Virus record (IMG/VR): IMGVR_UViG_3300025011_000017
From: a virus
Taxonomy: Duplodnaviria; Heunggongvirae; Uroviricota; Caudoviricetes
Length of the DNA: 64,000 bases
Strand: one strand, 5' to 3'
The position numbers and the translations under genes are program-made. Below are positions 28,108 to 38,077 of the stretch, piece by piece. The stretch's first letter is position 1, and every line of letters starts with the position of its first letter. The notes under the pieces were generated by a model. The model was not told the origin of the DNA, ran no database searches, and worked only from the letters and a program-made list of their open reading frames with translations.

Positions 28108-29184
28108 TTATTCAGAATATTCTAAAAGTAAAGATGAATAATATACATTATCTCCATCTTTTGAATCACTTGGATCTGAAGGAACTATACTTCTAACGAA
28201 TAAAACACCACGCTCAGTTTGTGTTTTGTATTCTATATTATCAAATATTACAACTGAACCATATCTTCTTCCTGCAAGTAAAGCCATTCTTCCTTCATTC
28301 AAATCAGCATTTGTGTCAATATATTTACCAATTAAATTTCCATTAAACGTAACAGTAACTACATTTTCTACTAATTCCACTCTTAATGTGTCTCTTTGTA
28401 GCCCAACTGATCCTGTTCCTACGGAAAACCAATGACATCTATTATAGATATTAAAGTTGTCAAAGTTGTCCAAATCAGTATATTTACCTTTTCCCACTCC
28501 TATTGCGGCCTCATAATTTGGATCAATAGGAGTATAATTAGGGATTATTGTACTATAATAGTTATTAATTTTTTCTATAGTTGCAGGATCAGGATAAATT
28601 ATAATAAAATATCCATGTCCTTCATCATCTACTCTAAGCTGAACTCCTCCAAAATTATATTTTTGAACTGCTATATCTACATTTAAATCGCAATTCTTAC
28701 TTTTTGGATAATGCATTGGAGTAGCCTTTCCTGTAGTTACATTTGCGTCATCTACTAAATGTTGTAAATATGAATTTTGTTTATTATTCTCTGTTAAAAA
28801 ATATACTTCCCATGTACCTTTTGTATCCCAATCTTGTGGTAAATATTGTCCAATAATAGAATCAAAGCTTTCGCTATATACTTTATATCCTGGCATAAAT
28901 TTACCTGAAGGAATATTTGGTAAATCTAATTCACTTCTATATATTGAAGAATTATCATATGCTATTTGTTTCCAATCTTTAGAAATATCATCAATAGTTC
29001 CATCAGGCTTTTGATAACCAACAAATTTCGCTTTAACGTCTATAGCATCTCTTCCACCTGTATTTGCTATAATAATTGGTAATATATTATTTGAAGTATT
29101 TCTATATTCTGTACCTAAATCTCCAAGCACAACAGGAGTTAGGGTGTCTGCTCGATAAAATTCTAATTTAGCAGGATTACTCAT
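28108..29184 (-). CDS. virion-associated protein with ConA-like lectin/glucanase domain
   Basis: LRVELVENVVTVTFNG...EGRMAL...VVIFDNIEY beta-sandwich pattern. Confidence 0.5.
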   Translation of the reverse strand: MSNPAKLEFYRADTLTPVVLGDLGTEYRNTSNNILPIIIANTGGRDAIDVKAKFVGYQKPDGTIDDISKDWKQIAYDNSSIYRSELDLPNIPSGKFMPGYKVYSESFDSIIGQYLPQDWDTKGTWEVYFLTENNKQNSYLQHLVDDANVTTGKATPMHYPKSKNCDLNVDIAVQKYNFGGVQLRVDDEGHGYFIIIYPDPATIEKINNYYSTIIPNYTPIDPNYEAAIGVGKGKYTDLDNFDNFNIYNRCHWFSVGTGSVGLQRDTLRVELVENVVTVTFNGNLIGKYIDTNADLNEGRMALLAGRRYGSVVIFDNIEYKTQTERGVLFVRSIVPSDPSDSKDGDNVYYSSLLLEYSE

Positions 29185-29202
29185 TAAACTATCACCTACC
29201 TT

Positions 29203-31692
29203 TTAACGTCTAAATTCAATAAATGTTATCTTAAGATTAACTTCTTTTATTCTTCCTACCGATGGCATAGTAAACTTAGTTTTTAATTCTTTTATATCTG
29301 ATGGAGCTAATTGTCCTGTGATTGTTTTTCCCCAAGAATTTGTTCTTTCATCCCATATTTTAACAATATCCTCTTGTTCAGCAATTTCAATAATATACAT
29401 TCCCCAACTGTTTCCTGTATTTTTTATATATCTAGTTATACTATATTTTTGCAATCTCTTCATATTTTTTGGTAATGTCATAATGTAATTTATTTCATAT
29501 GGATTTGGTTGAGTTTTAGATTCTTCAGTATTATAATCAACATCTTTAATTCCTATCTTCAACGATCTAAATATTCTAAATACTGCTCTAAAAGAATTAA
29601 ATGTACTTAAATTAATTACTTGAGCCATTTCTTTATAGCCTTCAATATTTGGATGGGTGTCATCACCACTAAGATCGTATCTTAATACTCCAGTTTCAGT
29701 ATAAATATCTTCTCCATCAATTATTTTATGATCCTTTATTACAAATAGATCATACCAATCAATAATATCTAGTGCGTTAATTATACCATACTGTTTAATT
29801 CCTGCATTTAATGCTCGTAGACCATCTTTCGCTCTTGAAGGAACTATTGAATTTCTAGGTAAATTTGTTCCAATAATTGGTTTTGCACCATAAGATTTTA
29901 TTATTTCTGCTGTTTCAATTATATTATTTATTGCATGTTGAACTACATTATTTATTTCATCTTGACTCTTATCTTGTGCAGAAAATAAATCATTTGTACC
30001 AATTAATACAATTACAAATTGAGGTCTATATAACTTCATTAAACTATCAATTCCATATCTTACTTGATCCGTAATTTGTCTTCCAGTACCTTCGTTAATA
30101 ACTTCATAATCATCTGTTCCTAATCTAGTTTGTAACCAATAAGGATATTGAGATTCTTTGTTATTTTTCGTTATAACTTTTCCAGTTACTAAATCTGCCA
30201 TATACACTGTTCCACCATATTTCGGATCATAATTTGGAGCACCTGCTGTAATACTATCTCCAACGCATAATATACGCATTTTATTAATATTAGATAAAAG
30301 CTTAATATCTTTAAATATAGTATTCCAGATAATATCACTTGTTTTTATATCAAATGGTATTGCAGGATTGTGAGTTATAAATCGTAGATATGTCAAAGTA
30401 TCATCAAACGAATTATTAATTTTACTGGTATAAATATATTTATTTTCATAAGAATTACTTATTATCATTTTATAATTAGATGTTAATATACTTTTCTTAA
30501 ATACGAGCACTTTTGATCCAAATTTAATATTTCCACTTGTTGATATAGAAGGTTTAATATTTAAAACTTGAGATATATCTCTTCTTATCATTATTTTGTA
30601 ATTAATAGTTAATTTTTCATTAGTTATTAATTTTATATTAAAAACATGACCAGATTTATTACTATTGCTTATAATTTGTTTTGTATAAAAATTATCTTTA
30701 AGATTTTTTGAATAATAATTATCCTTTACTATTCTATAATCTTTTAGATTATTAAATACTCTAATTTTAATATCTGAAGAATTTAAATTTTTTGTATAAC
30801 TTAAAGATTTTGCATTTAATTGTTCTATATATTTTCTATAAGTTATTATCTTTGCTATAAATTGATTTTGTAAGTTCCTTGTATCATAATGTACGCTAAC
30901 AGCATTTTTTATTGAATATTCTGTGCTTACAGATTGATGTACATTTGATGCTAATTTGCCATCATTATAAACTGGAATTTGAACTAAATTTGAAGTTCTA
31001 AAAGAATAATTTTTATTTACCTCTTTTAAATACACTTCTCTAATTTTTACTGGTAAATTTATTTCAGTAAAACTAGTATTTAACCCAGTATTTGCGATAA
31101 ATGTTTCTGAAGAATCATATAGCTCAAAATGATCTGTGTTAGTACTCGCAATTAGATTAGACCAATACCAGGTCACGCTATTAGTATTATTAGCAATACC
31201 TAGTAAATTCAATACTCTTAAAGTAGTTACAAAAATTGGATCAGAAAATGTAGTTTCCCCAACAGGGTTTACTGATTTTACCTTTATTGAATATTGAGTA
31301 TTTTCTTCAAGATTAATTATTGTTTTATTTAAACTAAGCGTTTCTTCCCTTGTAACATAATCACTAACTTTCATAACTGAAATATAATAACTTTCTGCAT
31401 ATTCTACATTTATAAAATTTAAAGTTACTTTATTAAAATCATTTGGTATTGTAGTTATATTATTAGGAGAAGTTAAATTAAAGATATCAAATATTGGCGA
31501 AGGATATCCTTCAATATCATCATCAAATGCTACGATATATCTATGTTCTATTATTCCACTTGTAAGATTGCTATTTTCATTCCATATAATATTTAAAGCG
31601 TCATTAGAATAATCTATTCCTTCTACTAATTCTTTAATTAAAATATCATTAGGACTAGATGGCTTATAAATCCTATATCCTCTTGCTATCAC
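29203..31692 (-). CDS. FN3 + SGNH hydrolase multidomain protein
   Basis: FN3 repeats; SGNH blocks CVGDSIT, NEG, IGTND and DDTHP; GTG start. Confidence 0.8.
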   Translation of the reverse strand: MIARGYRIYKPSSPNDILIKELVEGIDYSNDALNIIWNENSNLTSGIIEHRYIVAFDDDIEGYPSPIFDIFNLTSPNNITTIPNDFNKVTLNFINVEYAESYYISVMKVSDYVTREETLSLNKTIINLEENTQYSIKVKSVNPVGETTFSDPIFVTTLRVLNLLGIANNTNSVTWYWSNLIASTNTDHFELYDSSETFIANTGLNTSFTEINLPVKIREVYLKEVNKNYSFRTSNLVQIPVYNDGKLASNVHQSVSTEYSIKNAVSVHYDTRNLQNQFIAKIITYRKYIEQLNAKSLSYTKNLNSSDIKIRVFNNLKDYRIVKDNYYSKNLKDNFYTKQIISNSNKSGHVFNIKLITNEKLTINYKIMIRRDISQVLNIKPSISTSGNIKFGSKVLVFKKSILTSNYKMIISNSYENKYIYTSKINNSFDDTLTYLRFITHNPAIPFDIKTSDIIWNTIFKDIKLLSNINKMRILCVGDSITAGAPNYDPKYGGTVYMADLVTGKVITKNNKESQYPYWLQTRLGTDDYEVINEGTGRQITDQVRYGIDSLMKLYRPQFVIVLIGTNDLFSAQDKSQDEINNVVQHAINNIIETAEIIKSYGAKPIIGTNLPRNSIVPSRAKDGLRALNAGIKQYGIINALDIIDWYDLFVIKDHKIIDGEDIYTETGVLRYDLSGDDTHPNIEGYKEMAQVINLSTFNSFRAVFRIFRSLKIGIKDVDYNTEESKTQPNPYEINYIMTLPKNMKRLQKYSITRYIKNTGNSWGMYIIEIAEQEDIVKIWDERTNSWGKTITGQLAPSDIKELKTKFTMPSVGRIKEVNLKITFIEFRR

Positions 31693-31740
31693 AAATCTAC
31701 ACCACCCTTCAATAAGTAAGAGGGTAACTTCCCCTCTTAC

Positions 31741-34700
31741 TTACTTTCTAATTGTCCATTTTATATTATTTATTCCTTGTATTAAACCGTCAAATTGTAC
31801 AAACGAAGGTAACGCTCTGGTTGTGCTGGTTCCTTGAATTGACGCACTTTCTCCTCCGTGTATACTATATGCTTCTAATGTTCTATTTACAGTTTGTCCA
31901 GAATTTAATCCAGTTTCTAACCATTGATTTACATTTTTATCAGTTGTTACTAATACAGCACCATTTTCATCTAATAATTTAAAACCTGTTTCATTAAGCG
32001 AATTATCTGTCCAAGACCATAATATTTTAGATGCAGATTGAGGTATACCAATTAAATTAGATGGAGAAGAAGGTGGAATTGTAATATCTTTATAAGTTAC
32101 ATGTCCATCATGGTTAGTATAAACTAATTCAATTGTATCAGGATTATTAAATTGACTCCATTTAACACTAGGATTTGATCCTGTATCTAGATTTCCCCAT
32201 GCACTCCAACTAGATCCATTAAATTTCGCATATTTTAACTGCAATTCGCTTGTATTATTAGCATCATATCCATGCCAGAATGTAAATACATCTCCAAAAC
32301 AATAAGTAATTGATGAAAATATTTGATCATATCCAGTAATATTTTCTACATTTACCCATTCACTCCATGTAGTACCATTATACATTGAAAATTTAATTTT
32401 ACTAAAACTTTGACTACTATCCGTCCCTTGACATGAAATATATTTTTCATTAGTTCTAGAATTTATTGCTATACTTGGATACATTCTATCATAATTAGCG
32501 ATTGGGTGTATATTTAACCATACACTCCATCCATTTCCATTATTAGTCGATTCTTTTATTTGATAATTGTCATTTAATGGATCTTTTCCATGACAAACTA
32601 CAGTCATATTATCATATTGATCAATAGCAATATTTGGATACATTAATGGATATCCTGTTACTTCTTGAATATTTATATAAGAAGTCCATATTCTAGATAC
32701 AATATCATAGTTATATTCTGAGTATTTAATTTGATCTTCACTATTTAAAGGATCTTTCCCAAACCATACCGCATGAAGACCGTCAGACGAATCTATACTT
32801 GTAGATGGAAAATTTTGATCGTATCCAATAATTGGTGCAACATTAGTCCATTCAAGCCATACGTCAGTATGAAACATAGAATGCTTTATCTGTTTATGAA
32901 TAGGATTATTTGTATCTGTTCCTGACCATAAAAGATGTATAGTCTCATTTTTTGTAAAATCAACATTATCAGAAGCGTTCATCTCTTCTAAAGTAGGTAT
33001 GGCTGTAGATAGAATTCCAACTCTATTTAAATAAGTGGTTAATGTAGTTGCATTATTTAAGCTTATTGGTTTTAATGGTGGATTTATAAATCTTGTGTTA
33101 TCACCATCATTAGTGATACCTATTGGTGTTACAGCAGTCAAAGTTGTGGAAGGATAATTACCTATAAACATACTGGAATCAATATCTAAATATCCTACAT
33201 GGGTAGTTGATATATAATTTCCATATATGCCATATGGCGGAAATGTAACAGTAAGGTAATTAATAAGAGCAGATTTTAATGTGTTATTACTTCCCAATAT
33301 TGTTAACTCATCAGATCTAAAAGTAATATTTGAAAGTCCTCCACTTTTCCACTTAAACTTAGCTTCAGGATCATAAATATAATATGTTGCATTAAGAGTT
33401 ACTAAGTCTTGTGTAGTATCTCTCAGCATTACTATTGCAGGATATGATATTTTCCCACCAGACTGAATAACGTTTGGCATACTCCAATCAGGATAAACTT
33501 GAATATTAAATCCTTGAACAAAAAATATACTAGGATTAATATTTCCTATCATAACTGGTACAAGTGTATCGCCAATTAAATATTTTGAATGAAGAAATTC
33601 CCACAATCCATTAACGTTATTTAAAGCAAAATATCCACAAGCTTCTGCTATCATTATATTTCTTAAAGAATCTATCATTGTTTGTTGCATAGAATAAAAA
33701 ATATTTTTCGCAGAATCCCAAAGCGTACCTGTATAACCAGCAATTGCATCCCCAATAATAGTACCTACTGCTCCAGATGAAACCATTGCTGTAGCAATAT
33801 AGGTTATCATTGCCACATCGTCTATAACAAGAGTTTTTCCATTAGCAGACTCTAAGGTTAATGTAGGATTTACTTGATCGTAACCTTCTAATTCTTCAAT
33901 TGGTACTTCTATTCCAGTTTTATTTAAAATATAATTGGTTCCATCCCAAATGTATAGGCTTCCATTTTGTATTTTACGAACAAATATTCTACTAGTTGAA
34001 TTATATATAGAATCGTAACAAATCCATATATTATCTTTAGAATCTCTTACTATTTTCCTTTGTGAATTAATACTTAAATTAGCATTATAATCAGTAATTC
34101 TTCCGTAATTTGAAATAGATGTTGTAAATTCAATTTGACTTTTATCACTTTCTACTTCACTATTAAGAGCACTTGCTTTAAACACATAGTCTGTGTCACT
34201 TATTAAATCTCGTATTCTATAAAATAAATTAGACGTATTAGCGATAAGAGTATTGTTTACATCATAAATGTTATAACTGGTTGCACCATAGATTAGACTC
34301 CAAGATATTACAACAGAAGTAGATAATATTTCTGATACAGTTATTTCAGCAATCTTATCTATAAGAGTAATAAATTCTATTACTGTATATTCACTATCTC
34401 CAGAAGAATTAAATGAACTAATATAATATTGATATGATGTATTTGATTCAAGAAATTGAATTTCATAATATAAATTAGAAGTTGTTCCAATTAATTCATG
34501 ATTTGAATTAAATATCCTATAAGTAGATACATTAGGAACTTCTTCCCAACTTAATAATATAGTTGTTGTCTTTATATCTACAATTGTTACTATCGGACTA
34601 GATGGTAAAGTCAAAACATTTATTGATATTTTATTACTTTCTTTAATATCAGTGTATGCTGTTACTTTAAATGTGTAATTAGTCCCTTCATTTAATTCAA

Positions 34701-37700
34701 TTATTTCAAATTCATTATAAATTGTTTGTCCGATTAAATTATCATTTACGTCATAAATATTATAACCTATTGCATATGGATTATTATTCCATAATAAAGT
34801 TATACTTTCACTTGTGATATTCAAAGCAGATAATTCGACAACTTCACTCATATCTGTAATAAATATAACTTCAGTTTTTGAACTTTCTCCACTTACATTC
34901 ATAGCAGATACTTTAAATATATTTTCTGAACCTGAGATTAAATCTGATAAATTGTAACTAGTCTCAATAATATTAGTTATAATATCATTATTTACATCAT
35001 AGATATTATATCCACTAGCACCTACAACTCCTGTCCATGAAATTGTTGCAGAATTAGTAGTAATGTTTGAAGAAATTAAATCTGTAACTTCAGTAGGAAT
35101 AGTTATAAATGAAATTATTGTTTTTTCACTTTCTCCAGAAGCATTTGATACACCTATTTTATATGTGTAATTTGTTCCTTTTTCTAGAGATATAATATCA
35201 TAAGGTGAAACTATATTCGAGTCTATTATTACATCTGAATTATCATATAGCTTATAAACCAATCCTATAATATTTATCCACATTAATTGTGCTGAATTAT
35301 TTGTAATATTATCAGTATTTATAATAGGATTTGCAGGAATGGTTAAAATAGTAATTGGTTCAGATTTTTCACTTTCTAAAAGTGGATTTATACCAGTAAT
35401 CGTAAATTGATAACTAGTATTTTCACTTAAAGTAGCAAAGGTGTAAGTTGAAGTTGGTATATTTACAAATAATGAATTGTCTGAATTGTAAATATTGTAA
35501 CTTTCAGATTTTTCATCTGTATTCCAAGTAATAGTTACTGAATTACTTATATTAGAAGTAATTTGAATATTTGTTGGAATATCTGGAACTGGAATAGGTA
35601 ATGTTAAAAATGAACATGGAGTAGCTAAACTTTCTCCGCCTTCATTTAAAGCCGTGATGCTGTATCCATAAGGAGTATTTTCTGTTAAATTAGAAATTTC
35701 GTATGAAGGAGTTAATACGTTTGTTAGCAGATTGCCATCAAGAGAATAAATATTATAAGATGTTGCATTAGTTGATGGAGTCCATGTTAGGGTTACGGAA
35801 TTATAGGTAAGATTTGTTGTGGTTATTCCAGTTGGAGAAAGAGGCTTGATAGTTTCTGCTATGAGAACTGGTCGAAATGCCACAGTTGTATCATTACTTA
35901 AATAAGCATTCCAATTAGATGCGGAACCATTTCCTAAAACACTACGATAAGTATTACCATTTGCAGTATTAGTGGTATTAGTCCAACTATATTTTGTACT
36001 CCAATTCCAAACATTATTATCTCCTGCTACAATAGTTTCATTAAGTGTTGAATTTGCAATATACTTTATCCACTCATTATCTAAATCTGTAGCTGAAATT
36101 CCTCCTATTGGAAGACGAAGATAATAATTATTTGACATATCTGAGGAAATAGACTTTACAGCATAAATTGTAAAAAATGGAGTAGTATTATGAGCAATTG
36201 AAACATAATTACCATCATTAGAAAACGAAACTCCAACTCCAGTTCCAGTTGGCAACGTAAACGGGTTCATAGTTTTAATAAAAGTGTCTTCAAATTGTCT
36301 ATAGAAAGATACGAAAGGTGTTATATCATGAGTTATTGCCAAATAATTTCCATCAGGTGAAAAATTTGCACCATATCCTAATCCAGTAGGTAGTGTTGAT
36401 GGATTTAATAACTTTGTAAATACATCTCCAGATCTTTTATAAATTGTTATAAAAGGTGTAATATAATGTGCTACAGTTAGATAATTTCCATTAGGAGAAA
36501 AAGACGATTTCATTCCTATACCTGTTGGGAGAGTAGTTGGATTTGAAAGTTTAGTGAATATGTTTGCTGATTTTTTATATATTGTCAAAAATGGAGTTAT
36601 GTCATGTGTAGCTGTAACGTATACACCATCAGGAGAAAAAGATACACCATAACAACTTCCAGTTGGCAATGAAGTTGGGTTATTAGTTTTTGTAAATATA
36701 TCGTTAGATATTTGATATATTGTTACATATGGAGAAATATTATGTCCAACAATCATATACGAACTATCTGGAGAAAATGAAACTCTATTTCCCTGTCCAG
36801 TTGGTAGAATCGAAGGATCAGGAAGTTTAGTAAATGTATCGCCAGATCTTTTATATATTGTAATAAAAGGAGCAGTTCCATGTGTTACGCTCATGTAATT
36901 TCCATCTGGTGAAAATGAAGTTCCTTGTCCTGCTCCAGTTGGTAAAACAGATGGATCAGACAATTTTGTAAAAACATCACTAGATTTTTTATAAATTAAA
37001 ACATATGGCGATGCACCACTAACAACAGACATATATGTTCCGTCTGGAGAAAAAGATGTTTCATTTCCTATTCCAGTTGGAAGCGTAGTAGAGTTAGGTA
37101 ATTTGGAAAATGTCTTTGTATTTTTATCAACTATAACCCCTGAACCACTTGCTACCCCTGAAGTATTCAAAACATCCCACGCTATACTATTTTGCACATT
37201 TCTATCTGCTACTAACATTTTTCTTCCTTTATAATCAGTATCCACCATTATAAAGTTAAAACTTCCATCTGGTGTAGCAGAACTCGCCACAGGAATTGCC
37301 GTTGCAGTAGTTATTCCAAGTTCTGAGAACGTTCCGACTTGACCTGAAGTTGGTGCTGTATAACGGCAAGGGATAAAATCTCCGATAGACATAGCTTGGG
37401 TGGTAGATTGAATGTTAGCCAAAGATATCTGCATAGTGTTGGAATTATTCAAAGATTGATAGCCAATTGGTAATAAATATGAAAAAGAAGAACTTCCAAA
37501 ATTAGCTATTATAGAATATGACGAAGTGTCACCAGAAGAAACATAGGGATATATCACATCTCCAATAGAACTTTTTATATCTGACTTAGCTATCCCTTGA
37601 CTAATACCATTTTTATAATACACAACTGTCTCTAGATCCATGTCTAATGCAACACTAATAACATCTCCACTATTCAATGATCCACCATATATCATACCAC

Positions 37701-37995
37701 CAGGATATATTATACCATTAGAAGTATTATATTTACAATACATATTTACCCTATTTGAACTACCTGCATAAGTAGTTAAACTAGCATTTATATTTGCAAT
37801 TCCAACTGTAAAATATCCGCTAACAAGAGTATATTCCCAATACCATTTTCCAGAAGAGACTCCTTTAGTAGCTCTAATTCCACCATTTGTGTATCCTGTA
37901 CTACTCGACATCGTTAAATTTCCATTACTTAACGTCACAGCACTACCCTTATCAGTCGTACTCCAAGTTACAGGTATTATTATATTGACCGCCAT
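31741..37995 (-). CDS. giant mosaic adhesin: SPRY, lectin-like scaffold, 7-blade propeller, FN3 array, second propeller (2084 aa)
   Basis: SSGKWYWE SPRY motif; seven ~46-aa LPTG-SFSPDG-PFxTIY repeats; about eight FN3 repeats; PSxxIDxxDxxHxVW-type repeats. Confidence 0.8.
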   Translation of the reverse strand: MAVNIIIPVTWSTTDKGSAVTLSNGNLTMSSSTGYTNGGIRATKGVSSGKWYWEYTLVSGYFTVGIANINASLTTYAGSSNRVNMYCKYNTSNGIIYPGGMIYGGSLNSGDVISVALDMDLETVVYYKNGISQGIAKSDIKSSIGDVIYPYVSSGDTSSYSIIANFGSSSFSYLLPIGYQSLNNSNTMQISLANIQSTTQAMSIGDFIPCRYTAPTSGQVGTFSELGITTATAIPVASSATPDGSFNFIMVDTDYKGRKMLVADRNVQNSIAWDVLNTSGVASGSGVIVDKNTKTFSKLPNSTTLPTGIGNETSFSPDGTYMSVVSGASPYVLIYKKSSDVFTKLSDPSVLPTGAGQGTSFSPDGNYMSVTHGTAPFITIYKRSGDTFTKLPDPSILPTGQGNRVSFSPDSSYMIVGHNISPYVTIYQISNDIFTKTNNPTSLPTGSCYGVSFSPDGVYVTATHDITPFLTIYKKSANIFTKLSNPTTLPTGIGMKSSFSPNGNYLTVAHYITPFITIYKRSGDVFTKLLNPSTLPTGLGYGANFSPDGNYLAITHDITPFVSFYRQFEDTFIKTMNPFTLPTGTGVGVSFSNDGNYVSIAHNTTPFFTIYAVKSISSDMSNNYYLRLPIGGISATDLDNEWIKYIANSTLNETIVAGDNNVWNWSTKYSWTNTTNTANGNTYRSVLGNGSASNWNAYLSNDTTVAFRPVLIAETIKPLSPTGITTTNLTYNSVTLTWTPSTNATSYNIYSLDGNLLTNVLTPSYEISNLTENTPYGYSITALNEGGESLATPCSFLTLPIPVPDIPTNIQITSNISNSVTITWNTDEKSESYNIYNSDNSLFVNIPTSTYTFATLSENTSYQFTITGINPLLESEKSEPITILTIPANPIINTDNITNNSAQLMWINIIGLVYKLYDNSDVIIDSNIVSPYDIISLEKGTNYTYKIGVSNASGESEKTIISFITIPTEVTDLISSNITTNSATISWTGVVGASGYNIYDVNNDIITNIIETSYNLSDLISGSENIFKVSAMNVSGESSKTEVIFITDMSEVVELSALNITSESITLLWNNNPYAIGYNIYDVNDNLIGQTIYNEFEIIELNEGTNYTFKVTAYTDIKESNKISINVLTLPSSPIVTIVDIKTTTILLSWEEVPNVSTYRIFNSNHELIGTTSNLYYEIQFLESNTSYQYYISSFNSSGDSEYTVIEFITLIDKIAEITVSEILSTSVVISWSLIYGATSYNIYDVNNTLIANTSNLFYRIRDLISDTDYVFKASALNSEVESDKSQIEFTTSISNYGRITDYNANLSINSQRKIVRDSKDNIWICYDSIYNSTSRIFVRKIQNGSLYIWDGTNYILNKTGIEVPIEELEGYDQVNPTLTLESANGKTLVIDDVAMITYIATAMVSSGAVGTIIGDAIAGYTGTLWDSAKNIFYSMQQTMIDSLRNIMIAEACGYFALNNVNGLWEFLHSKYLIGDTLVPVMIGNINPSIFFVQGFNIQVYPDWSMPNVIQSGGKISYPAIVMLRDTTQDLVTLNATYYIYDPEAKFKWKSGGLSNITFRSDELTILGSNNTLKSALINYLTVTFPPYGIYGNYISTTHVGYLDIDSSMFIGNYPSTTLTAVTPIGITNDGDNTRFINPPLKPISLNNATTLTTYLNRVGILSTAIPTLEEMNASDNVDFTKNETIHLLWSGTDTNNPIHKQIKHSMFHTDVWLEWTNVAPIIGYDQNFPSTSIDSSDGLHAVWFGKDPLNSEDQIKYSEYNYDIVSRIWTSYINIQEVTGYPLMYPNIAIDQYDNMTVVCHGKDPLNDNYQIKESTNNGNGWSVWLNIHPIANYDRMYPSIAINSRTNEKYISCQGTDSSQSFSKIKFSMYNGTTWSEWVNVENITGYDQIFSSITYCFGDVFTFWHGYDANNTSELQLKYAKFNGSSWSAWGNLDTGSNPSVKWSQFNNPDTIELVYTNHDGHVTYKDITIPPSSPSNLIGIPQSASKILWSWTDNSLNETGFKLLDENGAVLVTTDKNVNQWLETGLNSGQTVNRTLEAYSIHGGESASIQGTSTTRALPSFVQFDGLIQGINNIKWTIRK

Positions 37996-38015
37996 CTAAT
38001 CACCCTCCTTCCTTA

Positions 38016-38045
38016 TAAATTAAATTAAATTAAATTAAATTAAAT
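38016..38045. repeat. pentanucleotide tandem repeat (TAAAT)6
   Basis: Six perfect copies just upstream of the SD of the 2084-aa gene. Confidence 0.9.
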
Positions 38046-38077
38046 TCCACTCAATTAACAATAGAACATCTATTCTA

